A stretch of DNA of 64,000 nucleotides from Pseudomonadota bacterium (GCA_036687665.1 JAYYZZ010000003.1:68129-132128); one strand, 5' to 3'. Counted from the stretch's first letter, positions 20,586 through 31,315 are shown. Notes: a model not told the origin generated them from the sequence alone. Program-made: numbers and translations.

Positions 20586-21635
20586 ATGTACGTAACTGAT
20601 GATATAAGAATTAAGGAAATGATGGAGCTCAGCACTCCACAGGAAGTTCATAATGAGCTTCCTATTACTGAGCAAGCATCAAAGACTGTATTTGATGCAA
20701 GGAATCAAGCCCAGAAAATACTTTCCAAAGAAGATAATCGCCTTTTGGTAATCGTGGGGCCATGCTCAATACATGATCCTAGTGCTGCTCTGGATTATGC
20801 GCAAAAATTAAAAGAACAAGCCCATGTGTTCCAAAAAGAATTACTTATATTTATGCGTGTTTATTTTGAAAAACCACGCACGACTGTAGGGTGGAAGGGG
20901 CTTATCAATGATCCTAATTTAGACGGAAGTTTTGAGATTAACAAAGGAATGCGAATGGCGCGTGGGTTGCTTCTCCAGTTAGCTGAGATGAGTGTCCCAG
21001 CTGGAACGGAATATTTGGATCTTATAAGTCCGCAATATGTAGCAGATCTTGTGAGCTGGGGGGCAATTGGTGCAAGAACTACAGAAAGCCAATGTCACAG
21101 GGAGCTAGCTTCGGGATTATCGTGCCCAGTCGGTTTTAAAAATGGTACTGATGGGAATATTCAAATTGCGGTAGACGCTATTGGCTCTGCATGCCGACCC
21201 CATCACTTCCTATCTGTTACAAAGGATGGTCGTTCAGCTATTTTTTCTACTTCAGGCAATGAGCATTGCCACATAATTATGCGTGGCGGTAGTAAGAATA
21301 TTAATTACGATTCAGAAAGTGTCGAAGGAACTGCAAGTCGCTTGGAAAGAGCCAGCTTGCCAGTAAGAGTAATGATTGACTGTAGTCATGCTAATAGCGA
21401 AAAAATGCCTGAAAAACAATTAAATGTGGCTGCAGCTATATCTTCTCAAATTGCGCAAGGAGACAAGCGTATTATAGGAGTTATGATAGAAAGCAATTTA
21501 GTTGGAGGGCGTCAAGATATTTTAGAAGGGGAGCAGCTGACTTATGGCCAGAGTATTACTGACCCATGCGTTGGTTGGGATGATACTTGTAAGATATTGT
21601 CTAGCTTGTCAGAAGCAGTTGCTAAAAGAAGCTAA
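20586..21635 (+). CDS. DAHP synthase, class I (AroF/G/H type)
   Basis: 349 aa with the motifs LLVIVGPCSIHD, KPRTTVGWKGL and IDCSHANS. Confidence 0.9.
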   Translation: MYVTDDIRIKEMMELSTPQEVHNELPITEQASKTVFDARNQAQKILSKEDNRLLVIVGPCSIHDPSAALDYAQKLKEQAHVFQKELLIFMRVYFEKPRTTVGWKGLINDPNLDGSFEINKGMRMARGLLLQLAEMSVPAGTEYLDLISPQYVADLVSWGAIGARTTESQCHRELASGLSCPVGFKNGTDGNIQIAVDAIGSACRPHHFLSVTKDGRSAIFSTSGNEHCHIIMRGGSKNINYDSESVEGTASRLERASLPVRVMIDCSHANSEKMPEKQLNVAAAISSQIAQGDKRIIGVMIESNLVGGRQDILEGEQLTYGQSITDPCVGWDDTCKILSSLSEAVAKRS

Positions 21636-21655
21636 CATAATAGTGGCTACATCAA

Positions 21656-22960
21656 ATGACTGAAATTCAATTTTTAGAGACTTCTCAAAAAAACTTTTAT
21701 CCAGAACTGAAGAAGCTGCTATCGGTCAAAGAAACTAAAGCGGAAGAGACCGAGCGAGTCGTTCTTGAGATTCTGGAAGCCGTAAAGTCACAAGGTGATG
21801 CTGCAGTTTTAAAGTATACGAAGCGTTTTGACAAAAATGATGCCAGCACTGTTAAAAAATTAGCTTTAGGCCACGATGAATTTCACTCAGCTCTGAAACA
21901 AATTCCACAAGAAAGGCGCAATGCTCTGGAGCATTCTGCTGAGCGTATTCGAGATTATGCGGAACATCAAAAGCTACACTCATGGGAGTATGAGGACGCT
22001 AACGGAAATAAACTAGGCCAAAAGATAACACCTGTAGACTCGGTTGGCATTTATGTGCCCGGAGGGCGAGCTGCTTATGCATCTTCAGTTCTCATGAATG
22101 CAATTCCAGCAAAGGTCGCTGGTGTTGAAAATTTGATTATGGTTTCTCCTGCCACAAGCGGCAAACTTAACGAGATGGTTTTAGCTGCGGCTGCTATAGC
22201 AGGTGTTGATATTGCTTACCAAATTGGCGGTGCTCAAGCTATTGCCGCTCTGGCTTATGGCACTTCAACAATTTCTGCTGTTGATAAGATAGTTGGCCCC
22301 GGAAATACTTACGTTGCTATTGCAAAACAAAAAGTTTTTGGAGATGTTGGTATTGATATGATTGCAGGGCCGTCGGAGGTAGTTGTAGTTTGCGATGGAA
22401 TAACTAACCCAGATTGGGTAGCAATGGATTTGCTTTCACAGGCAGAGCATGACGAAAATGCTAGAGCAATCCTGATAGCAACTAAACAACCTTATATACA
22501 GCAAGTGCAAAAGAGTATTGAAAAATTCATTAATAAGCTTCCTCGGGCGGAAATTATTAAGAAATCATTGAGCAGTAATGGTATTTTTATTAAGGTGGAA
22601 AATCTGCAAGAAGCTTCAGAAGTAGTCAATTTTTTAGCACCTGAGCATCTTGAGTTATTTCTTGAAGATGCTGATTCTATCTTGCCTTTAATTCGTCATG
22701 CGGGAGCGATTTTCTTGGGAGAATATACCCCAGAAGTTTTTGGAGATTATTGCGCAGGGCCAAACCATGTGCTTCCAACGATGGGAACTTCGCGATTTTC
22801 TTCACCCTTAGGTGTGTATGAGTTTCAAAAGCGCACAAGCATAATAAAATGTTCCTCGTTAGGCGCGCAGGCACTTGCAGATACTGCTGCAACAATGGCT
22901 GAGAGCGAAGGCCTAGATGCTCATGCTCTCGCAGCAAAATTTCGTATAGAAGAAAAATAA
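21656..22960 (+). CDS. hisD: Histidinol dehydrogenase
   Basis: 434 aa with the blocks IAGPSEV, SQAEHD and APEHLEL. Confidence 0.95.
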   Translation: MTEIQFLETSQKNFYPELKKLLSVKETKAEETERVVLEILEAVKSQGDAAVLKYTKRFDKNDASTVKKLALGHDEFHSALKQIPQERRNALEHSAERIRDYAEHQKLHSWEYEDANGNKLGQKITPVDSVGIYVPGGRAAYASSVLMNAIPAKVAGVENLIMVSPATSGKLNEMVLAAAAIAGVDIAYQIGGAQAIAALAYGTSTISAVDKIVGPGNTYVAIAKQKVFGDVGIDMIAGPSEVVVVCDGITNPDWVAMDLLSQAEHDENARAILIATKQPYIQQVQKSIEKFINKLPRAEIIKKSLSSNGIFIKVENLQEASEVVNFLAPEHLELFLEDADSILPLIRHAGAIFLGEYTPEVFGDYCAGPNHVLPTMGTSRFSSPLGVYEFQKRTSIIKCSSLGAQALADTAATMAESEGLDAHALAAKFRIEEK

Positions 22961-22992
22961 GGTTGTTGTGCTAGGTATTTGTAGCACTAGAA

Positions 22993-23001
22993 AAAGAAGG
23001 C
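22993..23001 (+). promoter_or_regulatory. Candidate extended -10 element (TGcTACAAT) upstream of petA
   Basis: TGnTACAAT lies about 100 nt upstream of the petA start in the only sizeable gap after hisD. There is no convincing -35. Confidence 0.25.
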
Positions 23002-23102
23002 ATGCTACAATGCGGCACTGTGTATTTTTTGAATCTCACAAAACCAAGAAAGCAAATATCTAATAAACCTCATTTTTAATACTTTAGCAGCTGAGTGCCT
23101 AG

Positions 23103-23705
23103 ATGGTTGAAAAGAAAGTTGACAAAAACCGCCGTAAGTTTTTGACAAATAGTGTCACTTTTGTTGGAGGCGCTGGTGCCGCTATTGCTATGTGGCCTTT
23201 TTTGGCTTCAATGAAACCAAGCGCGCGAGCGCGTGCTGCAGGAGGCCCTGTTGAAATTGATATAAGCAAGATGGAGCCAGGACAAAAAATAGATCTAATT
23301 TGGAGAAAGAAACCGATTTGGATAATTCGTAGAACTTCAGAGATGGTAAGAGGTCTTGAAGATAATCATGTCAAATTCCGAGATACAAATTCGGACAATG
23401 AAGCCCAACAACCTGATTTTGCAAAAAACAGACACCGTTCCATCAATCCTGAATATTTGGTTCTTGAAGGAATTTGTACTCATCTAGGTTGCAACCCGAG
23501 CTATAGACCAGAAATTGCTCCAGCTGATTTAGGTAAAGATTGGAGCGGTGGTTTTTTCTGTGCTTGCCACGGCTCACGGTTTGATTTAGCAGGGCGTGTA
23601 TACAGAGGAGTCCCCGCTGGGTCAAATCTAAAGGTCCCGCCACACAAATACCTGAGTGCAACTAGAATCATTATTGGTGTCATGCCGGATCAAGAGGTTG
23701 CTTGA
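23103..23705 (+). CDS. petA: Ubiquinol-cytochrome c reductase Rieske Fe-S subunit
   Basis: Tat-like RRKFL motif and Rieske boxes CTHLGC and CACHGSRF. Confidence 0.95.
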   Translation: MVEKKVDKNRRKFLTNSVTFVGGAGAAIAMWPFLASMKPSARARAAGGPVEIDISKMEPGQKIDLIWRKKPIWIIRRTSEMVRGLEDNHVKFRDTNSDNEAQQPDFAKNRHRSINPEYLVLEGICTHLGCNPSYRPEIAPADLGKDWSGGFFCACHGSRFDLAGRVYRGVPAGSNLKVPPHKYLSATRIIIGVMPDQEVA

Positions 23706-25093
23706 TGAGCAGCAAGCTCCAAGGATTGCTCGGTTGGATCGATGCAAGATTTCCACTTCTTAAAGTCTGGGAAGAACATTTTGCTAAGTATTACGCACCT
23801 AAAAATTTTAATTTTTGGTATTTTTTTGGTTCCTTAGCCCTAGTAGTTCTTGTAATACAAATTTTTACCGGTATTTTTCTGACAATGCATTACAAGCCAG
23901 ATGCTAACTTAGCGTTTGCTTCAATTGAATATATTATGAGAGATGTTGAGTTTGGCTGGTTAATTAGATACATGCATGCTACAGGTGCCTCAGCTTTTTT
24001 CGTTGTTATTTATTTACATATGTTTCGGGCTTTGCTTTACGGATCTTTTAAAAAGCCCCGTGAGCTATTATGGCTTTTTGGTATGGTTATATATGTAGTT
24101 TTGATGGCTGAAGCATTCATGGGTTATCTTTTACCTTGGGGACAGATGTCATATTGGGGTGCTCAAGTTATCGTAAACCTTTTCAGCACAATACCTTATG
24201 TTGGAGAAGATCTAGCAATTTGGATACGTGGTGATTTTGCGGTATCAGATTCAACTTTGACGCGCTTTTTTGCATTTCATGTTGCGGCCGTACCTTTGTT
24301 TTTAGTTTTTCTAGTTTTCTTGCACATTGTTTCCCTTCATGCTGTTGGATCTAATAATCCTGACGGCATCGAGATAAAAGAAAATAAAAATGCTGACGGA
24401 GTTCCTTTAGATGGTATCCCTTTTCATCCTTATTACACTGTCAAAGATATAGTAGGGCTCGCTGTCTTTTTATTTTTCTTCTCTTTAGTTGTGTTCTATA
24501 TGCCGGAATTAGGGGGTTATTTTCTAGAGCATTCAAATTTCATACCAGCTAACCCGTTAGTTACGCCAGACCATATTGCGCCCTTATGGTATTTCACTCC
24601 ATTTTATTCAATATTGCGCGCAATTCCTGATACTGGAGGAGGTGCTTTTGCGATGCTATTGGCCTTGGGTATATTATTTTTTCTCCCCTGGATAGATCAG
24701 AATCCAATTAAATCTATACGATACCGGAGTGTTTTATTCAAAGTTAACTTATTTGTATTTGTTCTATCCTTTTTTGTACTCGGGTGGCTAGGTATGAGGG
24801 CACCAGTACCTGTCTATAGCGAAATGGCTTTAAGATTTAGTGAGTTATACTTTTTATATTTTGTTATTTTATGGTTTCTTAGCAGACCAAGACCAAAATT
24901 GATTTCTTACATATATTTTGTTTCTCTTCTTGGTGTTATCACTTTGTATGATTTCATTCGTGTTAGCGAAGACACCCAAGTTTTAGTTTTAATTGGGTGG
25001 TTGCTGCCATTTTTCTTTCTTGCATTTATGTTTTTACTTCCTATGTTTGCAAATATCAGCGAAGATAAGACTGTCCCCGAAAGACTCACATGA
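23705..25093 (+). CDS. petB: Cytochrome b
   Basis: About 460 aa with multiple TM helices and bc1 cytochrome b blocks (RYMHATGAS, PEWYF-like LWYFTPFY). Confidence 0.95.
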   Translation: MSSKLQGLLGWIDARFPLLKVWEEHFAKYYAPKNFNFWYFFGSLALVVLVIQIFTGIFLTMHYKPDANLAFASIEYIMRDVEFGWLIRYMHATGASAFFVVIYLHMFRALLYGSFKKPRELLWLFGMVIYVVLMAEAFMGYLLPWGQMSYWGAQVIVNLFSTIPYVGEDLAIWIRGDFAVSDSTLTRFFAFHVAAVPLFLVFLVFLHIVSLHAVGSNNPDGIEIKENKNADGVPLDGIPFHPYYTVKDIVGLAVFLFFFSLVVFYMPELGGYFLEHSNFIPANPLVTPDHIAPLWYFTPFYSILRAIPDTGGGAFAMLLALGILFFLPWIDQNPIKSIRYRSVLFKVNLFVFVLSFFVLGWLGMRAPVPVYSEMALRFSELYFLYFVILWFLSRPRPKLISYIYFVSLLGVITLYDFIRVSEDTQVLVLIGWLLPFFFLAFMFLLPMFANISEDKTVPERLT

Positions 25094-25839
25094 ACAAGTA
25101 CATAACTGCAATTTTTTTTATAGTTTTTAGCAGCCAAGTTATGGCAGCTAGCAAGACATCACCAGAGCTTGCCAAATATGTAGCATATACTGATATTTCT
25201 GACCAAGCTTCTTTGCAACGAGGAGCAAAATATTTTGTAAATTATTGCTTAGGTTGCCATTCATTGGAGCATGCTAGTTACGAAAGAACGGGTCGTGACA
25301 TAGGGTTAACTAATGATTTAATCGAAAAAAACCTGATTTTTACTAAAAACAAAATCACAGATAAAATCATATCTGCGATGGACCAGCAGGAGGCTGAGCA
25401 GTGGCTGCTTGCCAAACCCCCAGATCTTACTCTCGTAGCGCGCGCCAGGGGTACTGATTGGGTGTACTCATATTTGATGACTTTCTATAAGGATGAAAAT
25501 CGTCCCACTGGCGTAAATAATTGGCGTTATCCAAATACTGCTATGCCACATGTGCTCTTGTCTTTGCAAGGCATGCAAGCTGCTAATTTTGTCAATACTA
25601 CTGATGAGGATGGTATAACGCGCAAAGAGATTCAGTCTTTATCTTTGATTCAGGACGGATCACTAACTAGCCAAGAGTATTCAATAGCTGTTCAAGATAT
25701 TACTAATTTTCTTTCTTATACTGCTGAGCCCATGCAGTTAGAGAGAAAATCTATAGGTTTTTGGGTGCTTTTATTCTTTATAATATTTGGTTTGTTAGGT
25801 TACTTTTTAAAACGCGAGTTTTGGAAGGATCTTCACTAG
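25090..25839 (+). CDS. petC: Cytochrome c1
   Basis: Signal peptide, heme motif CLGCHS and a C-terminal TM anchor. Confidence 0.9.
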   Translation: MNKYITAIFFIVFSSQVMAASKTSPELAKYVAYTDISDQASLQRGAKYFVNYCLGCHSLEHASYERTGRDIGLTNDLIEKNLIFTKNKITDKIISAMDQQEAEQWLLAKPPDLTLVARARGTDWVYSYLMTFYKDENRPTGVNNWRYPNTAMPHVLLSLQGMQAANFVNTTDEDGITRKEIQSLSLIQDGSLTSQEYSIAVQDITNFLSYTAEPMQLERKSIGFWVLLFFIIFGLLGYFLKREFWKDLH

Positions 25840-25890
25840 CAAAATCACAGAATGGCCTTACTTCATAATTAATTTTAGGATTGGAAAATA

Positions 25891-26499
25891 ATGTTAACTT
25901 TGTATTCAAACCCAAGATGTCCGCAGTGCCACAGAGTGCGTATTGTGCTTGCTGAAAAAGATATCGCAACAAAAATTGAGAGTATCGATACTAATGTAAA
26001 ATCCGAGGATCTTGCCGCATTAAATCCATACAACACAACTCCGACATTAGCCGACAGGGATTTAGTGTTGTATGAAACTAGGGTGATTTTGGAATACCTC
26101 GATGAACGCTACCCACACCCCCCATTAATGCCTGTTGATCCAGTTGCGCGAGCTCATGCACGCATGGTTTTGCAGTATATACACCGTGATTTGTATAGCT
26201 TGGTGCCAGATTTAAATTCGACTGGAGCAAAAAAATCTAACACAGCAAGAAAAAAAATGAGAGAAAGCCTCATTGCTTCTGTTGAGCTTTTTTCAACAAA
26301 AAAATATTTTTTGGGTGAGGAATTTACGCTTGTTGATTGCAGTCTCGCCCCAATACTATGGCGTTTACCTCACTATTCTATTACCTTGCCTACTTCTGCA
26401 AGCGTAATTTTAGATTACGCAGAGAGGGTTGCAGAGCGCCCTTCTTTTCAAGAAAGTCTTAGTGAGTTTGAGACTGAGATTAGACTACCCGATTTCTAG
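25891..26499 (+). CDS. sspA: Stringent starvation protein A
   Basis: GST-fold, 202 aa, directly after petABC as in Pseudomonas. No sspB follows. Confidence 0.85.
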   Translation: MLTLYSNPRCPQCHRVRIVLAEKDIATKIESIDTNVKSEDLAALNPYNTTPTLADRDLVLYETRVILEYLDERYPHPPLMPVDPVARAHARMVLQYIHRDLYSLVPDLNSTGAKKSNTARKKMRESLIASVELFSTKKYFLGEEFTLVDCSLAPILWRLPHYSITLPTSASVILDYAERVAERPSFQESLSEFETEIRLPDF

Positions 26500-26508
26500 G
26501 TAATAATG

Positions 26509-27882
26509 CTATTCCGCTGGAAGAGATTTCCCAGGATTTAGTATATTATTCGGATCAAATTCCTCCTTTATAGATCGCATTATCTTGAGCGCATTCGAGT
26601 CTAATTCTTTTTCTATGTAGTCACGTTTTACAATTCCGATGCCATGTTCTCCTGATAAAGTTCCATTTAATTTCAGCACTAGATCAAAGACATCTAAAAG
26701 ACACTTTTGTAAATTACTATCCTCATAGCTAGAAGCGCTAGTTAATAGATTTACATGTATATTTCCATTCCCAGCATGCCCAAAGTTCACTATATTGATT
26801 GTATGTTTTTCACTAATATCTTTTAGGCCAGAGATTAATTTTGTGAGATTAGCTATCGGCACGACAACATCCTCATTAATTTTTTTTGGGGCTACTTTTT
26901 TCAAAGCAGGGGAGAGCGCTTTACGTGTTTTCCATATTTCTTGCATTTTTTCAGCACTACTCGCTTTTTTTATCTCTATGCAACCTGCATTATTTGCAGT
27001 TTTTTCTAATGTTGATAAAAGATCAGCAATTTGCTTTTCTTGCCCATCTACCTCAATTATTAACATAGACCTTGTTTTTTTTGGAAATCTTATATTCGAA
27101 AATGACTGAATTAATTCTATTGATGTGTCATCTATAAATTCTAGTGTATAAGGGACAACCGATTGCCCCATTATGTTTATGACTGCCATGACAGCAGAGT
27201 CAATGTCTGCATAGAAAGCCTGCAGCATTCCTATTGCTTCATTTTTTGGGAGAATCTTAAGCGTTGCTTCTGTGATTATTGCTAACGTTCCCTCTGATCC
27301 AATTAATAAACGAGTTAAATCTAAACCAACTACACTTTTCGTTGTAGTTGCTCCTGTTTTTAGCAACTCTCCTGACCCTGTTATTGCGCTTAAAGCAAGG
27401 GTGTTTTCGCGCGGTGTTCCGTATTTTATAGCTCTTGGGCCTGCAGAATTGTTTGCCAAGTTCCCCCCAATAGTGCAGTAATTAGAGCTTGAAGGATCTG
27501 GCGGCCAGAAAAGATTATATTCGCCAATAGAATCCTGCAATGTTTGGTTAATTACCCCTGGTTGAACACAGGCAAGCCTGTTTTTTGCATCTATCTCGAG
27601 AATTTTGTCCATTTTTTCTAAACTTAAAACAATCCCGCCTTTTGTGGGGACGCTGCCTCCTGTTGTCCCAGTTCCTCTCCCTCTTGTTGTTAAAGGAATA
27701 TGAAAATCATTACAAAATCTTACTAAACTTTGTATTTGCTCTTGGGATTCTGCAAATACAACAGCATCAGGAGCTACGCGTATATTGCTGTTGTCATAAG
27801 AGTAGGCCCAGCAGCTGCTTTTTTCTGTTAGCAAGTGATCAGGGGAAATTAACTTTTTTAACGGGTCAATCCATTTTTCCAT
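26509..27882 (-). CDS. FAD-linked oxidase (GlcD/D-lactate dehydrogenase family)
   Basis: 457 aa with an FAD-binding PCMH domain (RGRGTGTTGGSVP) and a C-terminal FAD-oxidase domain. No glcE or glcF is nearby. Confidence 0.8.
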   Translation of the reverse strand: MEKWIDPLKKLISPDHLLTEKSSCWAYSYDNSNIRVAPDAVVFAESQEQIQSLVRFCNDFHIPLTTRGRGTGTTGGSVPTKGGIVLSLEKMDKILEIDAKNRLACVQPGVINQTLQDSIGEYNLFWPPDPSSSNYCTIGGNLANNSAGPRAIKYGTPRENTLALSAITGSGELLKTGATTTKSVVGLDLTRLLIGSEGTLAIITEATLKILPKNEAIGMLQAFYADIDSAVMAVINIMGQSVVPYTLEFIDDTSIELIQSFSNIRFPKKTRSMLIIEVDGQEKQIADLLSTLEKTANNAGCIEIKKASSAEKMQEIWKTRKALSPALKKVAPKKINEDVVVPIANLTKLISGLKDISEKHTINIVNFGHAGNGNIHVNLLTSASSYEDSNLQKCLLDVFDLVLKLNGTLSGEHGIGIVKRDYIEKELDSNALKIMRSIKEEFDPNNILNPGKSLPAE

Positions 27883-27898
27883 TTGGACGCAATTCTCT

Positions 27899-28486
27899 TC
27901 ACGTAACTAGATTATCAACTAATGAACATAAGCAATGTATTATTACGGCATGCACCTCTTGAATCCTAGCTGTTGAATCTGAAGCTACTCTCAACTCTAT
28001 ATCACTAGAACTTAGGATTTTGGGTATTTCCCCTCCTTTGTTTCCTGTTAGAGCAATAACACCCATACTACCTTCATGCGCTGCATTAACTGCAGAAATT
28101 ATATTTAATGAATTCCCGCTTGTACTTATTGCTATAAGTATGTCTCCTGGTTTTGAAAGCGCTGCAATTTGTCTAGAGAAGACTTCATTGTAATTGCTGT
28201 CGTTTGCTATCGAAGTAATAGTTGATGAGTCAGTTGTGAGCGCAATAGCAGCAAGTGCGCGGCGATCTTTTTCAAATTTATTTACTAATTCAGATGAAAA
28301 ATGTTGGGCATCGCTTGCAGACCCTCCGTTTCCGCAAACTAATATTTTGTTTCCTTGATTTAGAGATTGAGAAAGTAGTTTTCCAGCTTCCATGATTTTA
28401 CTCGAAAGCTCTTCGCATGTTTTATTTTGCAAGGAAATACTTTCCTCGAAAATATTTTCAATTTGTTTAATCATATCCATGGCCAA
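27899..28486 (-). CDS. SIS-domain protein, DiaA/GmhA (phosphoheptose isomerase) family
   Basis: 195 aa with the motifs CGNGGSASDAQHF and ISTSGNS. Adjacent to lpoA, like E. coli diaA. Confidence 0.8.
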   Translation of the reverse strand: MAMDMIKQIENIFEESISLQNKTCEELSSKIMEAGKLLSQSLNQGNKILVCGNGGSASDAQHFSSELVNKFEKDRRALAAIALTTDSSTITSIANDSNYNEVFSRQIAALSKPGDILIAISTSGNSLNIISAVNAAHEGSMGVIALTGNKGGEIPKILSSSDIELRVASDSTARIQEVHAVIIHCLCSLVDNLVT

Positions 28487-28523
28487 TTATATATACCTTT
28501 CTCTGTTTAAATATAGCGTATTT

Positions 28524-30380
28524 TTAATTTAATAAGCGGGGCTGTCCTTTTAAGAATTTTGCCCAATACAGTTCTCTGTGGACACGTTGGAACTCGTCGA
28601 CTGATAGTTTTCCCGTGAACCCGTAGAGTCTTTGTCTTTTTTTTATTTGCAGTCTATTTAGATAAGGGATTAGCTTATATGTATCGATACCGAGAGCTAC
28701 AAGACGCGGGTAGGCGTGTGGCTGCTCTGGATCTCTTAGCTCGCTCATTACCTCTGTTTGATCTATGTACTCAGTTGCGTCTAAGGTCCATGGCATATCG
28801 CAGAATAGAACACCATTGAGATCTTTGTCTTTTGCAGCATCGGGGGTTCCAGAATATATATGTGAAGTCGCATAAGTTGGTAAGTTCTTTGCATAAAAGT
28901 AGTCAAGTTGTGGTTTCAATTGTCTTGCTTCTTGGGGGAAAGCTGCAAAAAATACCATGTCAATATCCTGCCTCCTCTTTGGTCTAGCTATTAACTTTAA
29001 GCTCAAAATATTTTTTAAGCTTTTTATTCTTTTTTCACTTTCTTCTATTTTTAAAACTTTTTTAATTACCTCTGAATAGTTTTTCTCTTCAGTGGAATAT
29101 TGCCCATAAGCGGCCACTTTTCCTTCGAGCTCATTGAATCTAATTTTAAAAGTATTAAAAAATCTTTTACCCCAATCTGTGTCTGGCGTGATCACGATTG
29201 CAGATTTTTTCCCATCTAATGCAGCTTTTTCAGCAACAACTTTAGCTTCATCTTCAGGTAGTAAGCCGAATTGATACAAATGCTGAGGAGCGATTAGATA
29301 TTCGTCTGCATAGTTTAAAGTTAGCATACCTATCTTATTTTCAATATTTTTCACTAAAGTTTCGACACGCTTTTTATCTAAAGGACCAACTATAAAATCC
29401 GCCCCTTCTTGAATCGCCAATGCATAGGTTTCCTCGATATTTATTGAATCTTCCCCTGTATCATAGATTTGTAAACTAGGTTTTTCTTTAGAGGATGATT
29501 CTTTGTGCGCGACTTCTATTCCAGAGAAAATTGCTTTAGCAAATTTTGCATTTGGACCTGTCATCGGCAATAAAATTGCTATTTTTCTTGGTTGGTACAT
29601 TAAGCTATCAAGCTCTTGATATACTTTTTCGTATAGATTTTCACTAGCATAATGAGATTCATTTTTTTCTTTCCATTCCAGCAATAGCTCTTTAATGCTT
29701 GATGCTGGGAAAACTGTACTTTTGCTTAAGTATGCGAATTCTAGCCATGCTTTTAACTCTGTATCTTCGACTGAATATAGCCATTTCTTTAATTGCCTTT
29801 CATCTTCGAGTTGAATATTTTCCCAAAGTAATTGATATGCAGTGTGTTTTTCTTCTTGAGCCATTACTCTACCAAGTTGCAGTTGTGCTTTTATGGACAT
29901 TAAGTTTTGTCTGTTTGCTTTTAACACCTTTGCTCTTGTCAGTAGGATATTTTTTTGCAGATTGATTTCAAAACTAAAATTATGGCTAGGCAACACATCC
30001 AAGGCTTTTTTTGGGTAACCTTCTAAGATGAGCAGCCTGGAAAGAAGAAGGTCTATCTTTATATTTTGATTATTGTTTAGATTGTTTTTGGGCACTTGAT
30101 CTATATAGTTTCTAGATAACTCTATATTTTTTGATTCGATCAATATCTTGATAGCTTCTAACTGCAGCTCTTCTTTAAGCGGCGAGTCGGAATTGGCAGC
30201 TGTTTCCCAGTATTTTTGAGCAGATTCTATTGCTTGAGTTTGAGTCTTTAATTCACGAGAAATGGATTCTTCAGCCTCGTAACCCTCAAAAGACATTTGG
30301 CATGATGCTGTTATAAAGCCCATAGCTATTGCCAGGAAAAAAGCATGCAGCCTAATAGTATTTTTTAACTTGTTTTGCAT
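28524..30380 (-). CDS. lpoA: Penicillin-binding protein activator LpoA
   Basis: 618 aa lipoprotein (…ITASC) with an N-terminal TPR-like region and a C-terminal periplasmic-binding-protein-like domain. Divergent from rsmI. Confidence 0.85.
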   Translation of the reverse strand: MQNKLKNTIRLHAFFLAIAMGFITASCQMSFEGYEAEESISRELKTQTQAIESAQKYWETAANSDSPLKEELQLEAIKILIESKNIELSRNYIDQVPKNNLNNNQNIKIDLLLSRLLILEGYPKKALDVLPSHNFSFEINLQKNILLTRAKVLKANRQNLMSIKAQLQLGRVMAQEEKHTAYQLLWENIQLEDERQLKKWLYSVEDTELKAWLEFAYLSKSTVFPASSIKELLLEWKEKNESHYASENLYEKVYQELDSLMYQPRKIAILLPMTGPNAKFAKAIFSGIEVAHKESSSKEKPSLQIYDTGEDSINIEETYALAIQEGADFIVGPLDKKRVETLVKNIENKIGMLTLNYADEYLIAPQHLYQFGLLPEDEAKVVAEKAALDGKKSAIVITPDTDWGKRFFNTFKIRFNELEGKVAAYGQYSTEEKNYSEVIKKVLKIEESEKRIKSLKNILSLKLIARPKRRQDIDMVFFAAFPQEARQLKPQLDYFYAKNLPTYATSHIYSGTPDAAKDKDLNGVLFCDMPWTLDATEYIDQTEVMSELRDPEQPHAYPRLVALGIDTYKLIPYLNRLQIKKRQRLYGFTGKLSVDEFQRVHRELYWAKFLKGQPRLLN

Positions 30381-30388
30381 TAGGGCTT

Positions 30389-31279
30389 TTGTATGATGAA
30401 CATTGTAAAAATTTATTCATTGTTGAAAAAGTGCCAGACCTCGCTAGCAGACTGTACATTGTAGCAACTCCGATTGGAAATCTTTCTGATTTTAGCAGCC
30501 GTGCTGCAGAAGTGCTGAAAACCGTTGATATCATAGTCACTGAAAACTCTCACCACAGTAAGAAGCTTTTGGCCCATTTTGGGATTAGTGGCAGAAGGTG
30601 TCACAACCTTAATAATCAAAATGAAGAGAAGAAAAGCAATGAATTGCTCAAATATTTGAAAAAAGGAAAAAAAATAGCATTAATATCTGACGCAGGGACC
30701 CCTCTTGTGAGTGACCCGGGTTATCGCCTTGTTTCGCTTGCACATCAAAATGGTATTTCCGTATCTCCAATACCTGGCGCAAGTGCAGCGCTTGCTGCAT
30801 TGTGCGTATCAGGACTGCCTGCAAACAGGTTTGTATTTGAAGGTTTTCTGCCAGCAAAAAGTGGAGCTAGGCGAAAAAAATTGCAAGAACTACAAAAAGA
30901 AGACAGGACTCTTGTTTTTTTTGAAGCACCCCACAGACTTTGTAAGTCACTTGAAGATATGCAAGACATACTAGGGGGTGATCGCGAAGCTACGCTTGCT
31001 CGCGAACTTACAAAACTGCATGAAGAGGTTTGCCTATCTACTGTGGCTGGATTGCTTGAGAAGTGCAACAGTTCTGAAAAAGTTAGGGGGGAGATTGTCC
31101 TGATAGTTAGAGGGTATTTAGGTAAATTACATAGTGATAATATGCCTATTGAGGATACAATCAGGATACTATTGGAGCAGTCCTTTTCAGTAAAGAGCAT
31201 TTCAGAGATTATTTCAAAAGAGACGGGGTCCCCAAAAAGCAAGATATATGATCTAGCACTCAAGTTGCACAAGGAGTAG
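30389..31279 (+). CDS. rsmI: 16S rRNA 2'-O-methyltransferase RsmI
   Basis: Motifs LYIVATPIGNLSD, SDAGTPLVSDPG and FEGFLPAK. The start is uncertain, as it lies only 8 nt from the lpoA start; a GTG at 30431 is an alternative. Confidence 0.9.
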   Translation: MYDEHCKNLFIVEKVPDLASRLYIVATPIGNLSDFSSRAAEVLKTVDIIVTENSHHSKKLLAHFGISGRRCHNLNNQNEEKKSNELLKYLKKGKKIALISDAGTPLVSDPGYRLVSLAHQNGISVSPIPGASAALAALCVSGLPANRFVFEGFLPAKSGARRKKLQELQKEDRTLVFFEAPHRLCKSLEDMQDILGGDREATLARELTKLHEEVCLSTVAGLLEKCNSSEKVRGEIVLIVRGYLGKLHSDNMPIEDTIRILLEQSFSVKSISEIISKETGSPKSKIYDLALKLHKE

Positions 31280-31315
31280 CCAGAGTCCCTTGTGTCTGGT
31301 ATCTTTGCTCCCGGA

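Noticed and set aside
22966-22990. A small hairpin after hisD (GTGCTA-ggtatttg-TAGCAC) as a possible terminator.
   Set aside because: The stem is only 6 bp with an 8-nt loop and has no following T-tract.
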